Shown here: in pieces, positions 18,331-41,345 of the stretch
How the letters are laid out: every line of letters starts with the position of its first letter
Numbering within the stretch: the first letter of the stretch is position 1
From: the human T2T-CHM13v2.0 reference genome, Homo sapiens
Strand: one strand, 5' to 3'
NCBI RefSeq assembly: GCF_009914755.1
Contig: NC_060944.1
DNA length: 64,000 nucleotides
Translations under genes and position numbers: made by a program
Notes under the pieces: model-generated
The model's input: only the letters and a program-made list of their open reading frames with translations
The model's database searches: none
What the model was told of the DNA's origin: nothing

Positions 18331-18811
18331 AAAACATATTATTTTATAAGCAGTGTGCGCATAATACTGTCTATAGGCAGATATTAGAATTCTTCCTTGA
18401 GAAAGAACTCCTCTTTTGTTTGGGAAAATATTTCAAGAGACCTATTGATTATGCAAAGAAATGCCTGGGGAGCGGGTGAGACACCTGCTAGGGGGGCCAG
18501 TGTTGCTGCGCTTTATTAAATAACTGGGATTTTCAGCTCTCCCTAAGTACTTAAGTACTGTCTATGGCATTTGCCTCATGTATCTTTGCTCTTTTTTTAT
18601 TGTTAACCTTTATTTAGCACTTTGTTTTAACTGATTTTTGTAAATGGCATGCAGAGGGCAGATTGGCAACAGGCCAGGGTGAAAGGAGTGACATTCCCAG
18701 GTGGGGGACATTGGCTACAGCAATGTCTAACACTCAGTTCAAGAGATTACTTATTCTGTGATGGCACCTCCTTGTCTTTGTTCTCAAATCTTCAGTATCG
18801 GTTGAAACTCT

Positions 18812-19840
<1,029 letters not shown>

Positions 19841-20604
19841 GGACTGACAACCCCAGCTCTGGGTTGGGCTCCTTAGGACGTAGCTCTTTGGGCTTCTCAC
19901 TTTCTCCACACTCCCCAGCCTCCACCTACTAGCCCTGTCCAGAAACTGAGGTCTTAACAAATGCCTGCAGTACATAGAATACACCTCGGTGTTTCTTGTT
20001 ATTTAATATTTATTGGAATGGAATGAAATAGTGGATGCAGGGTTTGTAAACAGATCCCTGGATGTACGGAGTAGCCCTCCATTTCATAAAATGGATTTTG
20101 AATTTGTTGGAGAGGACTGGAGGAGTGGAGTGATGATGGGATGTGACCAGCGGGTAACTGCCCTGGCCACACCTCAATATGCAATGTACTGTGGCCTCGC
20201 AGATTTCACATTTGTCTCGACCCAGCACCTGGCACTTAGCAGGTGCTCAGTAAACATGTCAGGCTGAATTGTGAATCTGGCATGCCATGCACGCTCAGTA
20301 CTGTCCTTAGACCCAGGCAAGTGGGGACCCCTGCCCCAGGCCTCAGGGGCCCCATGCTTTGGAGTGCCTTCCTCAAAGGAAGTCTCTTTCTGGTGTCTGG
20401 GACTGGGTGGAGTGGGCAATGCTATTCCATCCTGGTACCCTATGAGGTATTCAGTCAAGGTCACCAGAAACACCTACCTCAAAAATTTCTAAAAACCCCT
20501 CTGGGGGCTGGGACTGGCAGTGCCATGTGGGTGGAGTTCCCCGAGCCTGAACTAGGCTCCAGAGGGGCTCCTTTTCCTATTTCTCCTCTTTGAAATGGTC
20601 TCCA

Positions 20605-21105
<501 letters not shown>

Positions 21106-21661
21106 TCAGAGCTCTGGGCTATCAATGGCCTGGCCTACCACTGACCCTTGAGTTTCACTCCCGTGTAGGGCCCATGCACTGGGTCTCAGCCATTTGCATT
21201 CAGACTATGATGCCACCTCTGGTCTGCAGCACCCATGGCTGCAGGGTGGCAACAGGCATCCTTACTCCGTGCACTCTCTGCTGCTGGGCCCCCACCCCTC
21301 TGTAGGCTTCAAGCCATGTGTCAGACAGTCCTCTGGTGCAGCTGGGACCATTCATTGTTCTGCAGCTCCCATGGGCTCTTTCTACCAATGCCCTTTCTTG
21401 CCTCTGATTGATATGACAAGTCCTGCTGTTCTGGGTTGGCCTTAAGCTGTGCTGGATTGGAACAAACATTCCTCACGTGAGTGGTACAGTTCTTGCTCTA
21501 TTCATGAGCCCCTCACCTATGCTCCCTACTGGTAGTGGTATGTGGGAGGCAGCGGGTGAGGTCAGCACTGAAATAGATCACGTTTCAGGAATGCAGTGAT
21601 TGTGGCACAAAGAGTTGAAGAGAAGAGATGGTTGGGAAAAGCGCTGTTCTACATTACATAG

Positions 21662-22072
21662 TGTGTTCGTCCTTTTATGTTATGGTATACCTGAGGCTGG
21701 GTAATGTATAAAGAAGAGAGGTTTAATTGGCTTCTGGTTCTGCAGGCTGTACAGGAAGTGTGGTACTGGGGTCTGCTCCTGGGGTGGGCCTCAGGAAGCT
21801 TACAGTCATGGTGGAAAGCAAAAGGGGCAGGTGCATCATGTGGTGACAGCAGAGTGAGAGACAGCTGGGGAGACGTGCCAGGCTCTCTAAACAACCAGCT
21901 CTTGCATGAACCATCAGAGCCAGAACTCACTCATTACCATGGGGATGGCACCAAGCCATTCCTGAGGGACCCATCCCCGTGATACAATCACCTCCCACCA
22001 GGCCCCACCTCCAACACTGGGAATTACGCTTCAACGTGAACTTTGGAGGGGACAAACATCCAAACCATATCA
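21662..22072 (-). mobile_element. MSTB-type MaLR LTR
   Basis: atacctgaggctgggtaat...ggggacaaacatccaaaccatatca. Confidence 0.88.
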
Positions 22073-22799
22073 CACTGTAAAATTCCAAATGGTAAATTTA
22101 ATATGACCAGAAGACAAATGATCATTCATATATTCTCTAGACTCTGGGGAAGACTTCCCTTATGGTCATCATCAATGAAGCACTGTCTTTGAGTCATTGG
22201 AAGCCCAGTACTCCCCAGTAGCACAACGGATGATGCAACCTAATGAGTAACCAGCATTCAGTAAATGTTGTCAGGGAAATGCAGAGGCAAGAAGATCTTT
22301 ATTGTTTCAATATAAACAGAGCCTGAGGAGCCTGGCATTGTGAGCAATAACAATGTTGCTGCTTTTTTCTTGTGTTTTTTCCTTGTGGTGGGACATATGA
22401 GCCCAGAGCCACACATTTGACAGTAAAGAACAGGAGGAGATGGTGCCTGGATACTGCAGAGAATCTTCACATGCACTAATTGAAAAATACTAAAATACCT
22501 AAGTACTTCTTCTGTATTCACAACTCTCAATCTTCGTCAATACCTCATCATTCCTCACATGGGCCCAATAATTTTGTAATACATTTTAAAATCAAATTGT
22601 TTATATAGGCAGGGCTTCCAAAAACATATTTTCCAGGGTCCCATGCACCTTAGGCACAGCCCTGTTCTCACTTTCAGATGCAACGTCTTCCGGAAGCTCA
22701 CACATGGGCCCCACATCCATTTATCCTCCTTCCAGTATCCATGCCCCCACTTTCCTCTGAAAAAAACACTCCCTGCCCATAATCAGCCTGCATGGAATC

Positions 22800-23240
22800 T
22801 GATGAAGCAGAGTTGACCAACTCTGGGGATGAAAGTCCTGACTTAGCCCTAAGCCAGTCAGCATATCTCATTCTGTGGTCCCAGCACTTGGTTCAGGAAT
22901 GGGCATATGTCCCAATCAAAGTCAATGAGATGCAATGAAACTTTTATTTGGGATTCTGGGAAAGGGACACTCTCTTCCCTGCTGTACCTGAAACCTAACA
23001 GCACATAAGAGCTGGATCTGTTCCCACCATCTTGTTGTCGCATGAGGCCTAGAACTCAAGCAGCAGCTGAAGAAGCAAGTGGAGACATGGTAAGGGAGCT
23101 AGGACCTGGTGAGCTCATCTGTGTTCCTGATCAAGCTGCACCTGAAGCCAGGACACACACTTGGACCATAAGCCAATAATATCCCCTTTTGCGGAAGCAG
23201 TTTTGGTTGGATTTCTTCTTATTTGCAACCAGATTAAATC
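22800..23240 (+). mobile_element. MLT1J/K-type LTR
   Basis: ggttcaggaatgggcatatgtcccaatc...tggatttcttcttatttgcaacc. Confidence 0.65.
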
Positions 23241-23369
23241 AAATGGATAATCATGTCTGAGTGTAAATGCTTTTGTTGTCCATATACTAATGCCTTCTCA
23301 ATTCTGATTTTTTTGGCTGTCTAACAGAATGATGTCCTGAAGTATGCATTAACCTCTGCCTGATTCCTC

Positions 23370-23705
23370 TTTCTTTTATTTTATTTTCTTTCTTTCTTCT
23401 TCTTCGTCTTCTTTTTTTTTTTTTTTTTTTAATGGAGTCTCACTCTGTCACCCAGGCTGAAGTGCAGTGGCATGACTACAACCTCCGCCTCCCAGGTTCA
23501 AGCAATTCTCCTACCTCAGCCTCCCAAGTAGCTGGGATTACAGATGCCCGTCACCACGCCCAGCTAATTTTTTTGTATTTTTAATAGAGATGGGGTTTCA
23601 CCACCGTATTGGCTGGACTGGTTTCGAACTCCTGACCTCAGGTGATTCATCCACGTTGGCTTCTCAAAGGGTTAGGATTACAGACCTGAGCCACTGCACC
23701 CGGCC
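23370..23705 (-). mobile_element. Alu
   Basis: Antisense Alu dimer. Confidence 0.92.
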
Positions 23706-24299
23706 CTGGTTCCTATTTCTACCTCCTCCCTGCCCCACAACTGAGGCCTCTTGACATTTGCTGCAGGCTCAGCCCCTCTCCAATTACCATGGAAAAATCC
23801 TGCCCTAAGTTGGAGGAGTCAATAACTCCAGCCCCACTGCAGACTCAATTGAGACCTTCTCTCTCATTTCATAGCCTGTCCAGCCTTTCCAGTTTATAAC
23901 TGTATTCCCTACTCACTCTAAGGTCTGAGTCCAAGTCATGGTGTCTGAGATCTTAAAAATAGAATCATCAGAATGACCCGCCTTGCCAGTTTCAGGGTAC
24001 AAATATAGCCACTTTTATTTCAATTTTCCACTCATTCAAGTTCTCACATACTTTTTTTAGTGCAAGGTCCCAAGACACCCTCTTTAGGCATCCACTGATC
24101 CCTGGATTTTCAAAGTCTAGGGGATAACTTGGGCTTAGGGCATCAGTGTGGTTCCAATGCCACCTACAGAGAGAACTAGTCTATCAGTCCACCACCAATA
24201 GTCATTGCTCCTCACTGCCACATGGTGTCGCTGTTGAAGACTGATTCTGCATAGTCTCATGGCTGCTTGTCCATTGCTGCCAGATGTCCTTGCTGGGTT

Positions 24300-24540
24300 C
24301 CTGCACAAGTCACAGTAGTGCCCCCTCTTGGTCTTAGCATTTATCACAAATTTAATCACATATTTGTTTTCCTGCTTATTGTCTGACTCTCCTATAGGAC
24401 GTAAGTTCCATGGGTGCAGTTCCTATATGTGCTTTATTCAGCACTACTGAATTTGTACCAGAATAGGTACTTAATAAATATTGCTGAAATCAATGAGTGA
24501 ATGAAGAAATGCATGCATGCCTGCATGAATAAATGAAATA
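24300..24540 (+). mobile_element. L2 3' end
   Basis: gtaagttccatggg...taggtacttaataaatattgctgaaatcaatgagtgaatgaa. Confidence 0.7.
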
Positions 24541-24825
24541 AAGTGTCTGAAGCAAGGGGGAGACAAGACAGAGAAAGTGGTTTCCAGAGACAGAATCTCA
24601 GCCCACCTCTTGAGAGGGAGATGGCATACTTGTTACATAAATGCTTCTACTCCCCACTCCTTTGTCCATGGGGCCACTAATCAATCACATCATTCTTTCT
24701 CGCTGAGGTTGGAGACAATTTCTAAATCCTCAGTACAGAAGTCCAGCCATCTCTTGTAATGAATTGGAGGAGGCAGACAACAATGGAACGTTTTGTGGTA
24801 ACAGGATGCAAGGGAATGTTCTCAC

Positions 24826-25310
24826 TGTGGCAGTTTTAACATATAGCCCCCAAATTCTTTGACATTCCTCTTATTTAATGGTGGGATCCCTGACCCTTGC
24901 CCTTGAATCTGGGCTCTGCGAATGCTTGACCAATAGACAATGGCAGAAATGATGTTCTATAAGTTTCCAGGAACAGGTATTAAGAACCTGGCAACTTCCT
25001 CTTTCTGTCTCTTTAAACATTCATCTTGAAACCCAGCTGCCATGCTGTGAGGAAGCCCAAGCTGCTTTGGGAAGAGGCCCACCTGAGAGAAAACAGCAGC
25101 CAGTGCCAGCTTGCTGGCCTTGTGAGTGAGTCACCTTGGCAACGGACCCTCCAGCCTTAGTAGAGACATCCCTGGTGACATTACATGAACAAAGATGACC
25201 TGTCCCCACTGAACCCTGCCCAGACTGCAGGCTCATGACAAAATAAATGGTCTCTGTCTTACGCCGCTAAGTTTAGAGTGTTTTGTTAGGCAGCAGTAGT
25301 AACTGGGACA
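24826..25310 (+). mobile_element. MLT1F/G-type LTR
   Basis: tgtggcagttttaac...caaattctttgacattcctc ... gcagcagtagtaactgggaca. Confidence 0.8.
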
Positions 25311-26290
25311 CTCATCAAACTTCAGCATCAACTCTGCTACCATGGCTCAGTCCTTACAATCAAGTTCTGTCTCAGTTTCCCCGGCTCCACATGCCAGGTC
25401 CCCTTCTGGGCCTGCGGCTTTGAGAGGAAGCTTACATCTTATCCCATCCATGGAATGGGATAGGAGCTTATTCTGCTCCCTATATTGCCAGTCATGTAGG
25501 GGGATTGCATAGCCTGCAGTCACCACCCACTTGGTCTCTCCAGCAGCCCATGCTGAGAGCCTGAATATTTCATGATAGGCTGCAGCTTTTGAGCTTAGGA
25601 AGGAACTGCGGGTGTCATTTCGAGCTAGTTCCCATCCCTTTCATTCCCATGCCTGTATTTGTCAACGCTTAGCAGAGGACTTGCCCTTGTGCGCTGTTTG
25701 GGAAGCTGTGTGCCATGTCCGATTCACTGCCCCCTGTCACTGCCTGTTACTCCTTGTGGATGCAGATGCCCTAGACTCAGGGGGACCATCTTCAGAGCCT
25801 CTGCTAAGTGGTTCTCAAACATGTTTAGATGCCATTTAGCCACTTGGATGACCCAGTGACTGCCTCATTAATCTGACAAATGTTGGAAACAACTTGCTTC
25901 CTTCTCTCTTTCTGACATTAGGCACCAGCAGCTTCCTCACCTCTGGCACACTTTGAATTTTAGTAGGCCAGTGGAGCCTGCCTTTGGAGGTAGACAGAGG
26001 TGAATTCAACTTCCAGATTTATGATGTGAATCTCTCAAGTTCTCGTGATCTTGGGAGGGGGATATCATTTCCTTGGTCCTGGGGTTCCACGTTTGTTCAA
26101 TGGGGATAATGCCAGCCTCAGAAAGCTGCTATGAGGAGTCAGTGAGACAAGGTGCACAACTCATAGTTTGGTGGGGCCTGTTAGCCCCTTGAGATCAGCA
26201 CAACATGAGTTCAAATCTCCCACTTGCCATTCTAAGCAAGTTAGTGCTTGTTAGGGCTCAGAATAGTGCCTGTTAGGAAGCACTAGAGAA

Positions 26291-26474
26291 GCCAGGCATG
26301 GTGACTTATGCCTGTCATACCAGCACTTTGGGAGGTTTAGGCAGGAGGATCACTTGAGCCTAGGAGGTCGAAGCTGCAGTGAACTATGATTGTGCCACTG
26401 CACTCCAGCCTGGGAGACAGAGCAAGACCCTGTCTTAAAAAAAAAAAAAGAAAAAGAAAAAAAAGACAAGAAAG
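26291..26474 (+). mobile_element. Alu monomer (FRAM-like)
   Basis: Single-arm Alu; aagcactagagaa flanks both sides. Confidence 0.85.
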
Positions 26475-26531
26475 AAAGCACTAGAGAAAGGACTGAGCCA
26501 TGGTAGGAGAGTTGAGGCTGAAGTTTGGTGA

Positions 26532-27340
<809 letters not shown>

Positions 27341-27803
27341 CTGCATAATGTTGATCCAGATGTGAAATTCCATCCCTTCCTTAATTCCCACAAACTCTAA
27401 TTCAAAAACATTTTTTTTGTGAGTATATTAGAGCTTACAGAAACCTTTGGGTTCGTGCAAAGGGTAAAGGAGGGATTTACTGCTTGTTTCACACACTGCT
27501 TCAAGTAGAAATGTAGACATGATCATTCATAAACTCCAGCCATGCCTCTGTCTGTGGCAGCCCCTCACCATGTCACCCCATGTGGTCCCCATCCTCTCAC
27601 CTTCTCAATGGTTCCTTGCTTCTCCTTCCTTACACCTCCATCTCTTCTCCTCAACCCTCCACCCTGGATCATCCTTATCATCCCATCCAAATTCTTCTCT
27701 CTTGAGTATGCCAAGCAATTCTGCTCTCCCCAACCCTTACTTTCTGCACAACCACATGCAACACCCACCCCCATCTCCCATGTGCTCAGCAGAACACAAA
27801 GAC

Positions 27804-28534
<731 letters not shown>

Positions 28535-28576
28535 CTACCCTCCTTGGAAGGCAGTTTGAGTTATAAAAAGAAATGA

Positions 28577-28899
<323 letters not shown>

Positions 28900-29404
28900 C
28901 TATAATAAATAGAGTATAAATTACACAGGTTCAACTATTAGCTAAAATATACATGTATTATATTACATTTACCCCTTTACCTTCTAACCCCCTTCCTCAC
29001 TAGACCTCAGCTCTCACTGCTCTAGGGAAAGGGAGCCACAGCAGGATGGGGAGAGAAACCAAGGAAGTTAATTTCCAAATATCCAGGTCCTGGTGATTGA
29101 AAGGCAGTTCACACAGAATCTTAGGATAATTTTGACAATCAGTAATTTTCGCTTTACGGTGTTGAAGTTAGGACATAACTCCCACATGAGATGGGCATCT
29201 ACAGCTCAAAAAGTGTTGATGGTCTTCTTAGAAAAAAGAAAATTGCGCTTCTAATAGAGCAAGAGAGTAAAAGTGAACATGAAATCTTTGCACAGTTATT
29301 TGAAAGAGAAAATTCTGATTTTGGCAATGAGATCTACCACACTTATGTGGGTAGTTGTTTCAGCTACAAACGTAGGGAAATGTTCAATAAAAGTCTTGAA
29401 ATAG

Positions 29405-29690
<286 letters not shown>

Positions 29691-30429
29691 AAAACATATA
29701 TTTCTAACGCAGAGCTGAGTTGAGAAGGAGGAAAGGGAAATCTCCAAGGGCCTGAAAATAGGAGTGATCTTCAATCAAGAACAGTAAACTCTCAGTTGCT
29801 GTTGTGGCAGCCCCCAGGGCACATCCTTGGACTTCAGGGACAAAGGAAAAGGGTTTTAAAACCCACGCAGGTCAGGAGATGTGGCCCCGTGAAACAGTGA
29901 TTGGGAACGAAGACCCATTCAAATCAAAGCTGGAGCCTGGAAGGACTCTTTCCCATGAAATGGGGACCAGAAGTTCTCCAGCCCAAGCCCCGGCCTAACA
30001 GGCTGAGGACAGAGCAGGTGACAAGGACAGGAATCCAGATACACGGGCAGAGCACAAGACCATTTATCACAATGTGGGCACAAGATTGGGGCAAATGTGA
30101 TGCTGAGTCTCAAAGCACAAGATTGAATAATAAGAACGAGAATAATGATGGCCATTTATTGTGCACTTACACTGTGTGTCACACGCTAAGTATGTCACAC
30201 TGAATTCTTCTGATGAAGTAGATGCTACTACTGACATTGTCACTGTGAAGCTGATCTTGTAGATTTGGACAATGTCAGGATGGGAAAGTGGTTGTCTACT
30301 CCTCCCACCTTGTGGGGAGCTTTAGTGAAACAATTAAGAGGATACTTTTTCACCCTGGTGGCTTTTAAATTATGCCTCGTGGAAGGTCAGGGGCTGCCTT
30401 AGGTAGCAAAGGGAAGGTCCTCTATTTGA

Positions 30430-30866
<437 letters not shown>

Positions 30867-32114
30867 TAGATAATAATCATCATCATCATAAATAAAATAC
30901 AATAAAGTAAAATAAAATAAGTCTCCAAAAAGAGTGACAATCAGACGTGGTGTCTATTGCTGTGCCACAGCCTGTCCCTGTCTCTTCCAGCACCTCACGA
31001 TGCTACATTGTCAGCTCTTGTTTGGCGGCCACTGGACACAGACTGAGCAGGGACTTTGTTCTCCAGGATTTCTCCAGCATCTGGCCCAGAAGAGATCCCC
31101 CACAACTGTGGAAGAGGAAATTACATTGGATTTCCACATGCCTCAGGCCGACCTGGGAGTCTAGAGGGTGTAGACTTGGAACAGGGGTCTGTCCATGGGA
31201 CATGGGCTGCCCTCCAACCCCTGGGCACCCCACACATAGCTAAGAAGAATATGGGTCTGTTTCCTGCTTATTATATTCACCTAAAAGGTAAAATAGGCTC
31301 TGCTTCTGGAAGCTCCTTAATTGCAGCTTTATAAAGAGGTCCCACATGTGGAAAAGAGGGGAAATTAATTGGTCTTCCAGGGAGCAGCTGAATGAGGTCT
31401 GGTAATTGAATTTCACAATGGATGCCTCCCTCTCGGTGGCCCGCATGTGATCTGGGATGGATATTTGAAGTTTTCCTCATGTAAATGGCTTGGGCTCCTC
31501 AAGGTTTATATTTTTTGGTGGGCATTACTCATTCACACTTCTATCTTGGACAAGATGGAGAAGAATTTATGCCATCTTACAAACTCTAAAATGATAGCAG
31601 GGAAAGAAGAAGGGGGCAAGGGCCTGTCCTCATCTTGAGATGCAATTTGGTAGATCCTTTGCAAAGGCTGGGGAAGGGCCAATTCAGAGAATAAATCATT
31701 ACTCAAATGCCGGCTACCCCAGAATGAAGGTGCAGACCCAGCTGGTAGGTACTAGTGCTTGGGAGCTTGGCTCCAAAATGAGTTATGATAGGTGAGATCC
31801 GGAGGGGCAAGAAACACACCAAGTCATGATGATAATTAATACCTTGAACAGGTAGCTATATACTGAGATGCCCCCCTGAAGATTTAACTAGCACCATGAC
31901 CCAAATGGTTACTTAAGTCTCTAATGGTTAAAGACTTAACTTGTGTGTTTTCTGTCTCAATAAAATAGTTACTAGTAAATCACTGTCCTTGGGCTGGATG
32001 TGCAAGGTAACCTCCAACCACTGCCACTACCAGGATAGGCATCAGACCTTTTAGGTTTTTAAAATCCAAATCAGCACTGGAAATATAAAATATATTTCTA
32101 GAAATACATCAAAT

Positions 32115-33056
<942 letters not shown>

Positions 33057-33165
33057 GTGGAGTCCTTCCTACAGACAGTGAAGCCAAAGAAATAGAATAA
33101 ACCCTTTGTGATTCAAGGGCCACAAAGGAAACTGAAGAGAGTTCTAGGTTAAGAAAGCCAACTGA

Positions 33166-33455
<290 letters not shown>

Positions 33456-33459
33456 ACAT

Positions 33460-36265
<2,806 letters not shown>

Positions 36266-37357
36266 TGCATGCCTGCAAAAAATCCATGAGACTTCATTAG
36301 AAAACAGAAAAATTGATAAAATTTAACAATGTAAAAATAATAATATAAATAACAAAAATTGGGACGTAAAAAGAGAGGAGGTGAGAGTACTAGTGCCATC
36401 ATTTTCAAAACGGGGAGATAGACAAAACTGAAACATGTAGTTTAAAATAAAAACATAGTGACCACAACTTTAATCTATTTGTAATCTCTCCTTTATAAAT
36501 TTAGAGAGATATTTCAAAAAGTTATCTCTTGAAGTACAGAAACATTGTTTGACTTTCAACAATTCCTTTAGTTTCTCTCCAGTTCTTTTTTGTCTAGTAA
36601 ATTATAATAAAATGTAATGCTTCTTAATTAAAATTTGAAACTATAATATAATCTCCTTTTAATAAAATATTTCTATCTCATCCTCCTCATTTTATATTGG
36701 CACAAAGAGATATTTCAAATAATGTACATCTCTTATAATTTCTAGACCACAAATGTGATTTTTTTTCTACTATCACCTTCACCCTTTCCTTTATTATTTG
36801 AATTCTTCATAATAATGTTGTATCAGCTCCCTGAAACAATAGAGTTCAGGTTCTAAATGACTGGAAGAAAACATGCCGAGACAGGCCTTGGTGAAATATA
36901 GATTATTTTTTTCTTCACATTATTCTGTATTTTTAAAATTGCTACGCCCAGTCTCCCCAGAGGAAACTGACCCAACCTTTAGGCTGGAAACAGGGAAAAA
37001 ATAATTGTGGTTTTCATAAGGGAAAGATGTCTAAATAGCTTTGGCACAAAACTTGCTGGGCATCTGTGCTCCAGAAGAGAATGGTTGATAGGGTACAAGA
37101 GCTGTGCCTTGCACCTAGTGTTAAACATGGCCCCAGAGCGGTGACGGAACTCTGTCAAAGGACCACAATGGCCCATGCTGGGACCTGGAAATAGTGAAAC
37201 ATTGCTGCAGCCTGGACCAGCAGTACTCAAGGAGGTAGGAGGGTCACCATGTGACAGCAGCTTCTACTGGATGGGAAGTGACACAGCAACAATAGCACTC
37301 CTGGACTCTCCAACGTTGCTCCCATGGCTTTTGGATTTAATTTAAAGAAACAAAAGA

Positions 37358-38037
<680 letters not shown>

Positions 38038-38129
38038 CTACAGTTGAGGAATAGTTTACAACTGTTCCATATACAAACTTATAGGTTGCAAGTCCCCTGT
38101 AATGTCCATTATTTTATTGAATCCTTTTT

Positions 38130-38580
<451 letters not shown>

Positions 38581-39584
38581 GATGGTGCCTAGCACAGGAA
38601 TCTAAAGGAAGCATGGTTACATTTAGAGTTTTTGGAGAGAACATGTAGCCAGAGGGACAGTAGGTGAGTGTGAATTAGGCACCCAAAGCGAGCTCGGGTC
38701 CCGAGTTGAGACCCGGGAGCATCAGTGAGCCCTCTTAGTGTGGGTCTTTTCTTCATTCTTATCGGCAGCTCCTCTGCTCAGATCTGCTTCTTTCATCAAC
38801 TAATACTCACAACTCTCTCATTTCCAGACACTTTCCTTTAATTGTGTGTGGGATCATACACAGTATCAGGGAAAACTATCCATAGCAAGCCTGATTATAG
38901 ACACTGTGAAATTAGCAAAGAGAGAAGAGGTTTTGTTTTGTTTTGTTTACCATTTGTTTAACATATGAGATCTGCTTACCCGTGGTGTCAATGCCTGTAA
39001 CAATTATACATGTAACCCAGATGTTCCCCAGGGTCTCTCACCACAGGCAAGCTCAGTAAGATGGACTTAGATTCCATTTCCATGGCCTATATGTCCACAG
39101 AGCCCTTCCCAAGAGTCTGGAGACCTTAGGGGACTCATATGCTCAGTAACATTGCCTCTGGGGTCCTGGTTCTGGCATGAATCTCTATGACCCAGATGTG
39201 AAACTCAGCCACACTCTCAGACAAATAACCAAAAACATTCATGGGTATAATTAGATTTTTTCTCAGTTGGTAAAAATCTTAAATACAGAAAAAACAGAGA
39301 GCTGTCTAACAAATACCCATGCCCTCCAACTCTTTGAATTTAATGTTATTATTTTACAGGATCGGCTTTTGATTGTTTTAATCTAATAGGGTTAAAAGTG
39401 ACATCTCTTACGTATGCCTTCCTTCCCAGAGGAATCCACCATAGGGAATTTGGTGTCTGTCCTTCCAAATCTTGTTTTTATACTTTTACTCATATAATGT
39501 ATCCATAAATGTTTGTCTTATGTGTTTTTATAATGCTATCATATTTCATTTTCTGCAAGTTGCTTTTTTATGCAATAGTGTGTG

Positions 39585-39817
39585 TTTTTTCTTTGTTTAT
39601 TTGTTTTTGAGACAGAGTCTCGCTCTATTGCCTCAGCCCCCCAAGTAGCTGAGATTACAGGTGTGTGCCACCATGCCCTGCTAATTTTTTGTATTTTTAG
39701 TAGAAACAAGGTTTCACCATGTTGCCCAGGCTGGTCTTGAGCTCCTGAGCTCAGGCAATCTGCCCGCTTCAGCCTCCCAAAGGGCTGGGATTACAGGTGT
39801 GAGCCACCGCGCCCAGC
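39585..39817 (-). mobile_element. Internally deleted Alu within an old L1 relic
   Basis: ctcgctctattgcc joined directly to tcagcccccaagtagctg. Confidence 0.85.
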
Positions 39818-40179
39818 CTGGTTCCTGTTTTCGTAAGGAGATTGGAATGAGATGCAAATAAACAGAGAAGTGATTATATCTAAGAAATACAAACAAGTCT
39901 GTCTGCTGCCCTCACTACATGGACATAGACCCACCAGGCAATTCCACCTGCTGCTTCAACTCATATTATTCCCAGTCATTTACCTTCTGGCTGGCAACCT
40001 TCTCCTCCTTACCTACTTTTAATGCTCCTACCCCCATTCTGTTCTCTCTGCCTTCTTCGCAGGGGCAAAAAATAAATTCCTCCCATTTTCTCATGGAAAG
40101 CTCTTAATCATCTCTTCTGTTACTAGGGGCCTGGTGCTCCTGCCTCCAGTTTGTGGTTCCTCAAACACAGTTCCTTCTT

Positions 40180-40665
40180 GTATCAGTTAAGGATTGCAAC
40201 ATAGCAAGCCCACCCCAAAACTTAACTGTCTTAAAACAGTACTACTTATTAGCTCTTGAATCTCTGGGTCAGCAGTTTCGCCTGGACTCAGCTAGGTATT
40301 ATTTCTGGTCTTGGCTAGGTTCATTCAGGCACTGTCGTTAGCCAGGTGGCTCTGCTTCAGGGATTGGTTGACTGTCAGCTGGGGCAACAGCAGTGACTTG
40401 ACCACTCGTCTCTCCTGCTCCTGCAGGATAGCCAGGGCCTGTTCTCACAGTAGCAGCAGGACTCCAAGAGTGACAGAAGAAGCATGCAAGGCTTCTGGAG
40501 GTTCAGGCTCAGAACTGGCACAATGTCACCTCTGCCTCATTCTATTGACCAAAGCAAGTCACAGGCCAGCTTAGATTCAAGATGTCAAAAAATAAACTCC
40601 ATCTCTTGATTGGAGAAGCTGCAAAGTCACATTCTAAGGGGCCCGGAAACAAGGAGGAGGGGAGG
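40180..40665 (-). mobile_element. MLT1-type MaLR LTR
   Basis: tgtatcagtta...ccccaaaacttaactgtcttaaaaca...ggagaagctgcaaagtcacatt. Confidence 0.75.
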
Positions 40666-40667
40666 AC

Positions 40668-41090
40668 TGTGGGTTGGATTCTCTGGGAAGCCAACTCTGA
40701 GATAGAGATTAACATGCAGGAAGTTACTCAGGGAGTGCTCTTGGGATCAACACCGGTGGAAGAGCAGAGAAGGAAGCAGGATGGAGCAGAGGGAGAAATT
40801 GAAGTGCAATGTCAGAACAAAGGCTTCCACTGACCTCATGGAGACCTCTAAAACTGGAATAGGTCTTCCAAGTTGTCCTGAGTAGAGGCAAGGGGACCAG
40901 GCCTCTAAGCTCCCAAGCTGATCAATCATTTATGCAGACTGCCCTGAAAAGGCAGCTGCCAAGGAAATTCCCAAAGAGGGCTTAGAGCCAAGGATCATCT
41001 GCCAACACTTTTCCCAGTAGCAGGTGGAATAAATCCTTCATTCCTCAGTGGGGGAGGAGGGTTGCCTGTGCCGAACATCACAGTCCACTC
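40668..41090 (-). mobile_element. LTR33-type ERVL LTR
   Basis: ctctgagatagagatt..catgcaggaag...gggagtgctcttgggatcaacacc...gcagagggagaaattgaa. Confidence 0.7.
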
Positions 41091-41345
41091 CACTGCCACC
41101 TCTCCCTAAGAATGCTAATGCTTATGATAAAACGCTTGTCACTTGCTGTATATGTATACGTTAAATATTTATAATCACTTATTAAATGCATCGCCTAACT
41201 TGTACAGATTTTAGATGATCACAATGCTAAATGTCACTCCTTTGAACTTAGTCTTCATAGTTTCATTGCTCATTTATCTAGGTCATCCACTCAAAACTTT
41301 AAGGATGAGGAGAAACAGCTTCTCCCATCAGAAATCTAGGCAAGA

